DNA from: an uncultured Halanaerobiales bacterium
GTDB taxonomy: Bacteria > Bacillota > Halanaerobiia > B1SED10-174
Reading direction: 5' to 3'
Length of the DNA stretch: 64,000 nt
Assembly: GCA_964568715.1 (NCBI GenBank)
Contig: CAZMQU010000004.1
Location: 11,089 to 75,088 of the forward strand
This document shows, one piece after another, positions 18,697 through 27,198 of the stretch; position 1 is the stretch's first letter; every line of letters starts with the position of its first letter. A model generated the notes under the pieces. That model did no database searches. It was not told the DNA's origin and worked only from the letters and a program-made list of their open reading frames with translations. A program made the translations under genes and the position numbers.

Positions 18697-20316
18697 TTAT
18701 AAGGATTGTTCGTGTTTTTCCTGCATCATTTTTATTAGAATCATCAACTCTTTGCGGGAGCTAACATTTAGTTTTCGGTAGATCCTTTTATTGTGAGTTT
18801 TAATTGTATTGATGGACAGATAAAGGATTTCGGCGGCTTCCTTGGCGCTATGCCCTTTTAAATAAAGATTGAAGACATTTTCTTCCGCAGGTGACAGGGT
18901 TTTGATATTGTTGATAAAGTTTTGGAGAAGAGTAGAGTCGCCGGCCAGAATTTCTCTTATAGTAAGTCTTTGCTTTGTCTTTTCCCGGCTTGCCCAAAAG
19001 TTAACCAGTTCATCGATTTCTTGAATGTTTGTCTTGGTCTGTTCTATTGACGGGTCGCCCTTCATCCTTTCAAAGGTATCGACTAAAGGCTTAATTAGGC
19101 GACGGCTTAAAAATACTCCGGCGCTGATGCTGAGGGCAAATAGAAATAAAAGCAAAAGTAATATCGGTTTGTTTTGTTGCATAATCAGAGGGCCAAGATT
19201 ATTTTGCGGAATCAGCAAAGCCAAGGCCCATTGGGTATCGGCAAAGGCCGCATCTTTTGGATAAAGATTGATGGTTTTTTGGATGCCGTAGTATGTAGAA
19301 TGGTCTGCAAGGGCATATTGCAGCAAGCCCTTTTTGCTTTTTTGAAAGGTTAAAAAGCCTCCCTTTTCAGAGGGAACGGTAGTATAGTTAGCTGCAAAAA
19401 GGGCCCCTGAAACATCAAGATTAGCCTCTGCCAAAGGAGCAAGCATGGCGAAGGTGTGGGTATAGTAGCTACCGGCAGGAGTATGTTGCAATTTAAAGAG
19501 CATTTCACTTATCTCGAAGCCGCAAACCCCCATGATAATGCCGTCAGGGCTGATAAGGGGGATGGTGAGGAGTATGGCTTTTTCACAAGCTTCGCCTAAA
19601 GAAGTAGCCGGATTCCAATAGTAAAGTCGTGACAAGGGAAGCTTGCTGTGTTTGGCTTCATTGAGCGTAAAAGAAAAAAAGTCATCGGGGGCAATTGAAA
19701 ATTCCATTTGCCATTGGGGGAGCAAATCCAATCCTTTTTTGCGGGCTATTGTGACCGGGCCACGCAGATAGCGGATAGTAGGGAAAACAACATTGACAAT
19801 ATTTGGCTCCATATTTTTCAAAAAAATGCCGGCTCGGGATCGGTTGGCTGTGGGCAAAGCAGGGTTGATGGTAGCATCCAATACGAGAAATGCGCCGCTA
19901 CATTTGCTTTTTCCCAGAGCCGCTATCAATGAATCCAGTGAATTGGTCAAGAGAAGTTCGAGTTGTTCGGGATAATTTTGTAAATCGGCAGGGGCAATAT
20001 CCAGCCGGCGGAGGTCTGCTATCAGATTTTGAGCTAAAGTTTGAGCTAAGATGACTCCTTCAACGGCTAAAACATTAAATTCGCGGGAGATTCGCGGTGC
20101 TGTATGCTCCAATTCATTATGTAAAAAGACGCAAAATTCTCGCTGACCGCCGGAAAAGACGCCGGTAGCATATAAAATTATAAGTAGTGCAAACATAATT
20201 GCCAGCAAGAATAATAAAAAGAAAGTCAAAGAATGCCTTCGCAGGCTAGGATCTTTTTCCCAGAGGGACCGGATATTCGGTATTATATTTTTCAACACTA
20301 ACCTAAATTTGGTCAC
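18697..20316 (-). CDS. Membrane-tethered one-component transcriptional regulator: TM, an extracytoplasmic sensor domain of about 320 aa, a second TM, and a C-terminal LuxR-type HTH
   Basis: TM1 is LTFFLLFLLAIMFALLIILYATGVF and TM2 is ILLLLLFLFALSISAGVFL. The C-terminal HTH is LSPAEENVFNLYLKGHSAKEAAEILYLSINTIKTHNKRI. It has no kinase or receiver domains. Confidence 0.75.
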   Translation of the reverse strand: MTKFRLVLKNIIPNIRSLWEKDPSLRRHSLTFFLLFLLAIMFALLIILYATGVFSGGQREFCVFLHNELEHTAPRISREFNVLAVEGVILAQTLAQNLIADLRRLDIAPADLQNYPEQLELLLTNSLDSLIAALGKSKCSGAFLVLDATINPALPTANRSRAGIFLKNMEPNIVNVVFPTIRYLRGPVTIARKKGLDLLPQWQMEFSIAPDDFFSFTLNEAKHSKLPLSRLYYWNPATSLGEACEKAILLTIPLISPDGIIMGVCGFEISEMLFKLQHTPAGSYYTHTFAMLAPLAEANLDVSGALFAANYTTVPSEKGGFLTFQKSKKGLLQYALADHSTYYGIQKTINLYPKDAAFADTQWALALLIPQNNLGPLIMQQNKPILLLLLFLFALSISAGVFLSRRLIKPLVDTFERMKGDPSIEQTKTNIQEIDELVNFWASREKTKQRLTIREILAGDSTLLQNFINNIKTLSPAEENVFNLYLKGHSAKEAAEILYLSINTIKTHNKRIYRKLNVSSRKELMILIKMMQEKHEQSL

Positions 20317-20346
20317 TCCCGACCACCCGGCCTTAAGTTAATAATG

Positions 20347-21723
20347 TTAAAAATTCAGAAATTTTTGGTAGATATCAGCGTTTAAATCATTAATGCTTTG
20401 ATCGGTTGCCAGGTATTCATCTTTACCTGCAAGCATGGCTTCTTTTATCTTGGTTTCATATTCTTTGCTTAAGGCATCGAAATTTTCATAATTGGGCGGT
20501 ACCAAAAAAGTGTAGTCCTTGTACATTTCGATGACGGTTCGGAGGAGCTTTTGCAAATTTTCATTTTCAATGTAATCGATTTCCTGTTGCATATTGACTT
20601 CAAAAGCTTTCTTTGTCACCGGTAAATAGCCGGTGGAAGAAACGAAGCGCATATTCTGTTCAGGTTGGGTAAACCATTTTAAAAACAGTGCGGCGGCGTA
20701 TTCTTTTTCCGGGGTCGCCCTACCGATGCACATACCGCCTCCCCGTTGGAGGGCAATCTTTTGGCCTGCCTCGAAGGTCGGGTAGGGCAGAACGGTAAAG
20801 GAAACTTTTTCAGTTGTATTGTCCGGATATGTTACTTGATCACCGTAAAACAATATGCCTGCTGTGGAGCCGGTTGAGCAAAGAATTTCGCCTGTTCGCA
20901 CCAAATCGGAGGAGTAGCCGGTAGTAATCGCATAACCGCCGGTAATAGCCGGCAAAACTGTGCAATCCCAAATATGACGGAAAATGTTCCCATGTGTTTC
21001 CAGTCCTTTGGCTGTAACAAAGTCGCCGCCTAACTGGGCAGTGCCAACCTGAGCAATATTGAACCAGGAATCCGCCGTAAAGAAGGTAGTACCGGCTTTA
21101 TAATGGGATGGTGATTGAGAAGTAGCCCATTGGTGATAGTCTGTAGCGACTTTGCCCAAGCCCTCAAAGGTAGCTAGATCTTCCAAACCGGCGCCCGTTG
21201 CAGCGGAAAAACGATCAAACAGAGTCTGGTTGACGAAAAGAACCTCGGTGGATTTGGCGACAGGAAAGACATAGAGATTGCCATCTGTAAGGCATCCTTC
21301 GGCAATAAATTGGGGCAAGTAGGCCTCCAGCTCCTTGTCTGTAAAAAAATCGTCCAGCGGAACGATTAAATCTTCCTCGACCAGGGTTAGGGCTGTCTTG
21401 GGGTAAGTTGTGACAATATTGGGCATCAACGGGGCACCGGGATCGCCGGCAGCGATTAGGAACAGCTTTTCTTGGATGCTGGCTGAGCCGGATATGGATG
21501 TAACGTTGACCATGACCCCTTTTTTGCGCCCTAAAGAGTTGTTGAATTCGTCAACCAATGCATCCATTGCACTCTGCATTTGGCCACCGTAATTGTGCCA
21601 CATAGTAATAGTCACGGGATTTTTGGGATCGAGCTTAACGCCATTGCAGCTTGTAAGTAAAAAGGCTAAACTTAAAAAAATAACCGCCAAGATAAGTATT
21701 TTTCTAATGGATAACACCCCCAT
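20347..21723 (-). CDS. ABC transporter substrate-binding lipoprotein (family 1, carbohydrate-type SBP)
   Basis: Lipobox LLTSCNG. It is about 458 aa and the overall pattern is SBP_bac_1-like. It lies directly upstream of, and co-oriented with, the membrane LuxR regulator, with a 30-nt gap. Confidence 0.75.
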   Translation of the reverse strand: MGVLSIRKILILAVIFLSLAFLLTSCNGVKLDPKNPVTITMWHNYGGQMQSAMDALVDEFNNSLGRKKGVMVNVTSISGSASIQEKLFLIAAGDPGAPLMPNIVTTYPKTALTLVEEDLIVPLDDFFTDKELEAYLPQFIAEGCLTDGNLYVFPVAKSTEVLFVNQTLFDRFSAATGAGLEDLATFEGLGKVATDYHQWATSQSPSHYKAGTTFFTADSWFNIAQVGTAQLGGDFVTAKGLETHGNIFRHIWDCTVLPAITGGYAITTGYSSDLVRTGEILCSTGSTAGILFYGDQVTYPDNTTEKVSFTVLPYPTFEAGQKIALQRGGGMCIGRATPEKEYAAALFLKWFTQPEQNMRFVSSTGYLPVTKKAFEVNMQQEIDYIENENLQKLLRTVIEMYKDYTFLVPPNYENFDALSKEYETKIKEAMLAGKDEYLATDQSINDLNADIYQKFLNF

Positions 21724-21961
21724 AAATTGGTGAATATGTTTAATAACTATAAGTTCAGGCTTAGAGTTACTTTTAAAATATATGTTTTTGAAAAATTGAA
21801 GGATTACAAAGGTATTTGTCTAGCAAAATTTTTGGGGCTGACTATTTTTAATAATTCCATATTTCGATAATGAAATCCTGCCTTTTGTAGATATATTAAT
21901 TAGTATTTGCCGATCTGAAGTCGATTGAAGTTGATTGTTAAAAAGAAAAAACCTTGCAAGA

Positions 21962-21998
21962 GAGAAAAGATTCTATTGCAAGGTTTCTGTGTTATTTG
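21962..21998 (-). terminator. Rho-independent terminator on the minus strand, downstream of the peroxiredoxin gene
   Basis: The hairpin ACCTTGCAA-(16-nt loop)-TTGCAAGGT is followed, on the minus strand, by TTTTTTCTTTTT. Confidence 0.45.
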
Positions 21999-22138
21999 CT
22001 GAACCATATCAAAATCCATCAATATGTTTTTTTAAGGTTCGAAGCAAAGTGTCCCTTATCTACAAATAGGATTTAGAAACATACTTGGGATACATTGAAT
22101 CAAAAAGTATTTATCGGGTAAGGGGTTAAGCAAACTTC

Positions 22139-22750
22139 TTAGTCATCGAAAGCTTCGTTGACTTTCCATTCTTTCCACACATTACCTACCAGGTTAGGAT
22201 TGGGCTTAAGAGTATTTTTACCCGGTTTCCAGCCGGAAGGTGTAGCTTCGGTACCTTTCGATTTGCGGACCAGTTGGAAGGCTTGAATTTGTCTGATGGC
22301 TTCGGAAATATTTCTACCGACAGGCGGGGTCAAAACTTCAAAAGCCTGGATGATTCCTTCGGGATCGATAATGAACCTGCCCCGTGTTTCTGTACCGCTG
22401 TCTTCATCATAGATACCATACATTTTTCCTATGCTGCCATCTTGGTCGGAAAGCATGGGAAAGGGTATATCTTTGCCGATCATCTTGGAAAGTTCATGCT
22501 CGTTCCAAATTTTGTGAACATAAATGCTGTCTACGCTGACAGTTAAAACTTCCACGCCTAAATCTTGAAATTCAGAATATTTTTCAGCAACTGCTGAGAC
22601 TTCAGTAGCTCAGACAAAGGTGAAGTCCCCCGGATAAAAACATAGTAATACCCATTTGCCTAGATATTCCGACAGCTCGATGTTCATAAATTTCCCTTTG
22701 TGAAAGGCGGGTGCGGTAAAATCGGGTGCTTTGGAGCCAACTTTAACCAT
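22139..22750 (-). CDS. prxU: Selenocysteine-containing peroxiredoxin (PrxU-like, 1-Sec type). The in-frame UGA (plus coordinates 22610-22612) replaces the peroxidatic Cys.
   Basis: ORFs 22610..22858 and 22139..22555 are in the same frame and separated only by TGA. The joined translation reads [38 protein letters not shown]. The canonical AhpC/Prx motif is FYPLDFTFVCPTE. The resolving-Cys region reads [12 protein letters not shown], so that Cys is absent. The likely start is the ATG at 22750 ([14 protein letters not shown]), which has AAAGGAGGAAAT 7 nt upstream. Confidence 0.8.
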
Positions 22751-23229
22751 CGTTCTTATTTCCTCCTTTGGGCTTTGATTATTCACCGTTACAGCCTTTG
22801 AAACTTCTTTTTTCTTTATTGCGGGTCTTTGACAGCCCGGCCCAAACTCTTCGGCCAATATAATTCACCCCTTTTAAAAATATTTTTACACCGGAATAGA
22901 TTGGTTTTCTTTATAATGTTTACTTATTTATAATTTCCATCAATAGATATAAAATCCTCTTTATTTGTTTTTTCAATGACTGAATTGATATTATACAATC
23001 GATAACATAAAATGTTTGTTCAATTACCGATAAAATAGCCGGTAACCGTGGCTGCTAGGATGGAAAATAAATGGTTTAATAAGAGAAGCAGGAATGTGTA
23101 ACATACCCTTGTAAAAGATTGCCACTATGGGTAAGATATAGTTGAGAAGTTATACGATATAAAAATTATATAAAATATGAATATTAAGGGGGAATTACCA
23201 TAAAGAGGACTAAGAAGCAATTAGCTGTA

Positions 23230-24852
23230 GTGATCGTGGCAATAATAATGACCCTTGTATTCCCTTTGGGTGTTTTCGGTAAAAAAGCTAACCCTAGCGT
23301 TGCACTTGTATTGGGGGGAGGTTCAGCCCGTGGTTTGAGCCATATTGGTTTTATCAAAGCCATGGAAGAACAGGGGATTCCAATTGATCTATTGGTTGGG
23401 ACAAGCATGGGCAGTATTATTGCCGGTATTTATGCTGCCGGTTACTCGACTGACAATATGATACATATCTTCTCAACTTTGGATATGGCCTCCCTTCTCG
23501 ATATTCCAATGCCCCCCCTGGGCGGTGTTCTTGATACTGCCGGTTTACAATTGTATCTGGACAAGATGCTGCGGGGAATGTGCTTTGATGAGTTGTCCAT
23601 CCCTTTTTATTCAGTAGTGGTTAACCTGGGTACCGGTAAAGAGGAGGCATTGAATGAGGGAAAGGTTAGTACTGCCATTCAAGCCAGTATGTCTATTCCC
23701 GGTGTTTTTATGCCGGTTGAAATCGATGGACAACACTATGTAGACGGTGGTTTGAAAAATCAGGTTGCTGCTAATGTGGCCGCTGACAAGGGTGCCGATG
23801 TCATAGTTGCCGTATGTTTGGAGCACGATTATCAAGAGCCGAATTTTAAAGATATAATAAATAACTTACGCATGTCCTTGACCGCCATGATGGATGGCTA
23901 TGTTGATATACATACCGCCATGGCCGATGTGCTAGTCTTACCTGAAGTGGATTTTGGTTCATCTATGGACTATTACCGGGTGCCGTATTTTGTTACTCAA
24001 GGTTACAAGGCCGGCAATGAGTATGCTACGGAGATAAAAGAGGCCATCTTGGCCCAAAATCCTTCCTATAAATTCATTCCTTATAAGCAACCCGGTTGCA
24101 GTACCGGTGAATTGAATCAATTGTTGCGAGAAGCGGAGCTTGCTGCAGCCACACTGCCCAAACGTTTCACTTTGAAAACTCTTTTGACTTACGATAGAGA
24201 TTACAATTTTACAAAAATGGGCTTGAAGTTTACCCATGGCCCCCTAAATTTGTTTGGTGTCGGTTATCGTTATGGGTTCGATTCGCAGGATGGTGGGCAT
24301 GAATTGTTTTTGGATTGGGGGACCGAAAAGACTGGAGCGGCCGATCTTTATCTCCGATTAAACCCTAATAGAAGTAAGCCTTCTTTTGGGTTTTCTCTCC
24401 GAAGCCCTGAATATAATAACCTTGCTTTAGAAGCAGCGTATGTATCTCAAGGGGAAAAGGCTTGGCGATTATCCGTTACCAATAATTCACTTTTGAATCT
24501 CCCTCGGGTAGTTGCAGGGTTATCATTGCAAGTTCACAGGCTTCGTACCGATGAAACCAGTGTACCGTATGCAGAAAAAATTATTTTGAATGCTATGCCA
24601 AGGTTAAGAATATATCCTTGGGAAGACAAGCGTTTTGCCTTGGGAGCTGCCTTAATAAGACCGTACCTTTTAACGGGTGCTTCTATAGGCACAAAGATCA
24701 GCAAATTTGAACCTATTGTATCCATCAAAACCGGCATGGGCTTGGATTTCCAATTGATGGGCCTTTATCCGGGTACGTTTTTTGCCGGTATTCAATTTGA
24801 CGGTACCGGTAAGTTAAAAGGGAAGTTCGAATTAAAGATGGGTGATCTGTAG
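23230..24852 (+). CDS. Patatin-like phospholipase (PNPLA) with a C-terminal beta-strand-rich domain of about 250 aa
   Basis: Patatin motifs are present: the oxyanion motif LVLGGGSARG, the GxSxG motif GTSMGS, and DGG (YVDGGL). The C-terminal half shows alternating hydrophobic residues and is G/Y-rich, which looks beta-barrel-like. The start is uncertain. A signal-like sequence, KRTKKQLAVVIVAIIMTLVFPLGVFG, is in frame just upstream of the annotated GTG. Confidence 0.8.
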   Translation: MIVAIIMTLVFPLGVFGKKANPSVALVLGGGSARGLSHIGFIKAMEEQGIPIDLLVGTSMGSIIAGIYAAGYSTDNMIHIFSTLDMASLLDIPMPPLGGVLDTAGLQLYLDKMLRGMCFDELSIPFYSVVVNLGTGKEEALNEGKVSTAIQASMSIPGVFMPVEIDGQHYVDGGLKNQVAANVAADKGADVIVAVCLEHDYQEPNFKDIINNLRMSLTAMMDGYVDIHTAMADVLVLPEVDFGSSMDYYRVPYFVTQGYKAGNEYATEIKEAILAQNPSYKFIPYKQPGCSTGELNQLLREAELAAATLPKRFTLKTLLTYDRDYNFTKMGLKFTHGPLNLFGVGYRYGFDSQDGGHELFLDWGTEKTGAADLYLRLNPNRSKPSFGFSLRSPEYNNLALEAAYVSQGEKAWRLSVTNNSLLNLPRVVAGLSLQVHRLRTDETSVPYAEKIILNAMPRLRIYPWEDKRFALGAALIRPYLLTGASIGTKISKFEPIVSIKTGMGLDFQLMGLYPGTFFAGIQFDGTGKLKGKFELKMGDL

Positions 24853-25622
24853 ACAATTGTTGGGATAAGAGGCGAATAAAATAGGATAACCTCCTACTTT
24901 GTTAATGTTTGTTCATTTTTTCCATTAAGAAATATAAGAATCAATAGTAAAATTAAAGTGGATATGCATTTTATTGATAAAGTATTACTTTTGTAAAATA
25001 CCTGCCATCGGCTTGTATTACTAAAGAGCTGGGTATGCTGTTGGGCAATTTCAAAGCTAAACGGTTGTGAAAAAGAAACGATTAAAAGTTCTGCTCTCCG
25101 TGTCAGGTTTGGCCTTGCGGACTTGCAGAACTTTTTTAATGCTCTGTTGGCGGTGCAAAAAAATTTAAGAAGCTCCTTATCGTTATGGTCTTTATGACGA
25201 TTGGGTTCGTCGAGAATTGAAAACCAGGGGCACAACACCTAAGCCTATATAACGCCGTCCAGGGATTAGATGAAAACTGCATTTTCGTTTGTCTTCGCCA
25301 TGCTTATCATCGTTAAGCAACCCGGTTTATGGGAACAAAAAATATCGGTATCCTTTATTCGTTGGGATATGTTTGACGAATCAATTATGGCGAAGATTTA
25401 AAATAAAGTTTCCTTTAAAGGAAAGGGGGAGCTTTTGTATAAAAATTAATAGTACAAAGTTTATAGTTATAGCGATGTAATTTGCCGATAATTAAGTAGA
25501 TATTAGGTTTTAATTGAAGTTTGCCGGGTTATGGTTTTTGATAAAGGTTTGGAAAGGTTAAAATGAGCAGTGATTTCAGCAAATATTAAAATTTTCTGTA
25601 TGAAGCGGAAAGGAGAATATTT

Positions 25623-26066
25623 TTGATCGGCTTATTTTTGATTTTGGCCTTAATTGGTGGGTCGGCTGCTACTGTACAGACCGTAATCAATGCCCAGTTA
25701 CGCAATTGGGTGGGGCACCCTGTCTTCGCTTCTTTTGTTTCTTTCTTTGTTGGCGCCTTAGTACTTCTTTTATTCATTTTAATGGGTCGATTGCCCTTGC
25801 CGCCGCTGGCCGATCTGCAAAAGGCTCCTTGGTGGGTCTGGATTGGTGGAGCTTTGGGTGCTTTTTATATATGGTCGACGGTTATAGCTGCCCCGCGACT
25901 GGGGGCTACGGTTTTAATGGGGGCGGTGGTGGCGGGGCAAATGTTAATTTCTTTGGTATTGGATCACTACGGTCTTTTGGGATTGGAAAGGCAACCATTT
26001 AATGTTTGGCGGGCTTTAGGGATCTTATGTCTTTTTTTGGGGGTTGCATTGATAAGAGGGAAATAA
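25623..26066 (+). CDS. YdcZ/DUF606-like small DMT-superfamily membrane protein
   Basis: 147 aa with 4-5 TM segments. It is rich in G and A, like YdcZ. It has a TTG start. Confidence 0.5.
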   Translation: MIGLFLILALIGGSAATVQTVINAQLRNWVGHPVFASFVSFFVGALVLLLFILMGRLPLPPLADLQKAPWWVWIGGALGAFYIWSTVIAAPRLGATVLMGAVVAGQMLISLVLDHYGLLGLERQPFNVWRALGILCLFLGVALIRGK

Positions 26067-26395
26067 ATTGAGGGTAATAAAATAAATAATGTCAACAAGA
26101 CCAACCCAAAAAGTACCTTTCGATCAATTTTTTTCATGAAACCTCCTTTAACATTTTAATTCAAAATCATTTTTCCTCTTTGTCTCCGGAAAGTGGAATA
26201 CTGTCTGCCTTATGTATCAAAAAAATGTGCTTAATCAAAATTCATCGGTTGTAAAGGTGACAAAATTAACTGAAGACATTCTTAGATAGCTTGACTAATA
26301 TTCAAGCGTGATCGCCCTATTTAATAGAATATACTTACTAAGGAGGTTTTAATAAAAGGACCTTTCTAAATTGTTGGAACATTAGTCTGAATTCA

Positions 26396-26947
26396 GTGTA
26401 TCAGGTCAGCAAAAAGGGGGTGAGAAAAATCAAAGTAATTGTCAAAGAATATGATCCCGATTGGGTCGGTATGTTTCAACAGGAGGCTGCAATGCTAAGT
26501 AAAATATTTGGCAAGGAATTGATAACTATTTATCACATCGGGAGTACCGCAGTGCCCAACCTTAAAGCAAAGCCGATAATAGATATGATGCCGGTGGTTG
26601 AGGATATTGACAAGGTGGACCAATACAATGACGCAATGATTGCTTTAGGATATGAACCGATGGGTGAGTTTGGCATTCCCGGTAGACGTTATTTTCGAAA
26701 AGGGGGCAGCAAGCGAACCCACCAAGTCCATATTTTTCAAGTTGGCAGCAAAGATATTACTCGGCACCTGGCTTTTCGGGACTATTTGCTTGTTCACCCG
26801 GAAAAGGCAAAGGAATACGGTGAATTAAAAGCAGTATTGGCTCAACAGCATCCCGATGATATAGAAGCTTATTCCGATGGCAAAGATGATTTTGTAAAAA
26901 ATACTGAAAAAGCAGCCTTGGCTTGGTACAAAAAGGTATGCCCTTAA
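26396..26947 (+). CDS. GrpB-family protein (UPF0157, nucleotidyltransferase-like fold)
   Basis: IKVIVKEYDPDWVGMFQQEAAMLSKIFGKELITIYHIGSTAVPNLKAKPIIDMMPVVEDIDKVDQYNDAMIALGYEPMGEFGIPGRRYF matches the conserved GrpB core. Confidence 0.8.
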   Translation: MYQVSKKGVRKIKVIVKEYDPDWVGMFQQEAAMLSKIFGKELITIYHIGSTAVPNLKAKPIIDMMPVVEDIDKVDQYNDAMIALGYEPMGEFGIPGRRYFRKGGSKRTHQVHIFQVGSKDITRHLAFRDYLLVHPEKAKEYGELKAVLAQQHPDDIEAYSDGKDDFVKNTEKAALAWYKKVCP

Positions 26948-27198
26948 CTTTTACGACCATGCCGTCAGGCAATCTGTCAGTGGTAAGGCAATCCCCAAAA
27001 ACGATCTTTAATAAGAAGAGGGGCTAGGTAATTTAAAGGTCGTATTAGGAAAGCATAATAGTAGTAACAGGTGGTGAAATTTCTCTTTGCTCAGTTTCAC
27101 CCTCGCCGGTGCTAATTGGTGTCGGTAAATTATTATGATAGAATTGAAGTCGGAAGTTTTTTCGCACCGGAAAAAGTGTATACATATTTCCTGAGGAG

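Noticed and set aside
22139-22858. Two separate small genes (22610..22858 and 22139..22555) as given by the ORF track
   Set aside because: They share a frame and are separated only by TGA. The joined product is a complete peroxiredoxin with Sec at the catalytic position. A single selenoprotein gene is the better explanation. I also moved the start to the ATG at 22750, which has a strong RBS.
25200-25340. Possible tmRNA (ssrA). The reverse strand reads ...AKTNENAVFI* which superficially resembles a tag-peptide ORF
   Set aside because: The tag lacks the usual ALAA/LAA ending. There is no 5' GGGG...acceptor stem and no 3' tRNA-like T-arm/CCA (GGTTCGA(A/T)TCC) nearby. It is most likely coincidental.
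26990-27185. Confident call of an M-box riboswitch upstream of mgtA
   Set aside because: The conserved M-box core (GUUAGGUGAGGCUCCUG ... ACGCUAAUGGG) could not be found. Only loose fragments match. I kept it as a low-interest finding for a covariance-model test, not as a feature.
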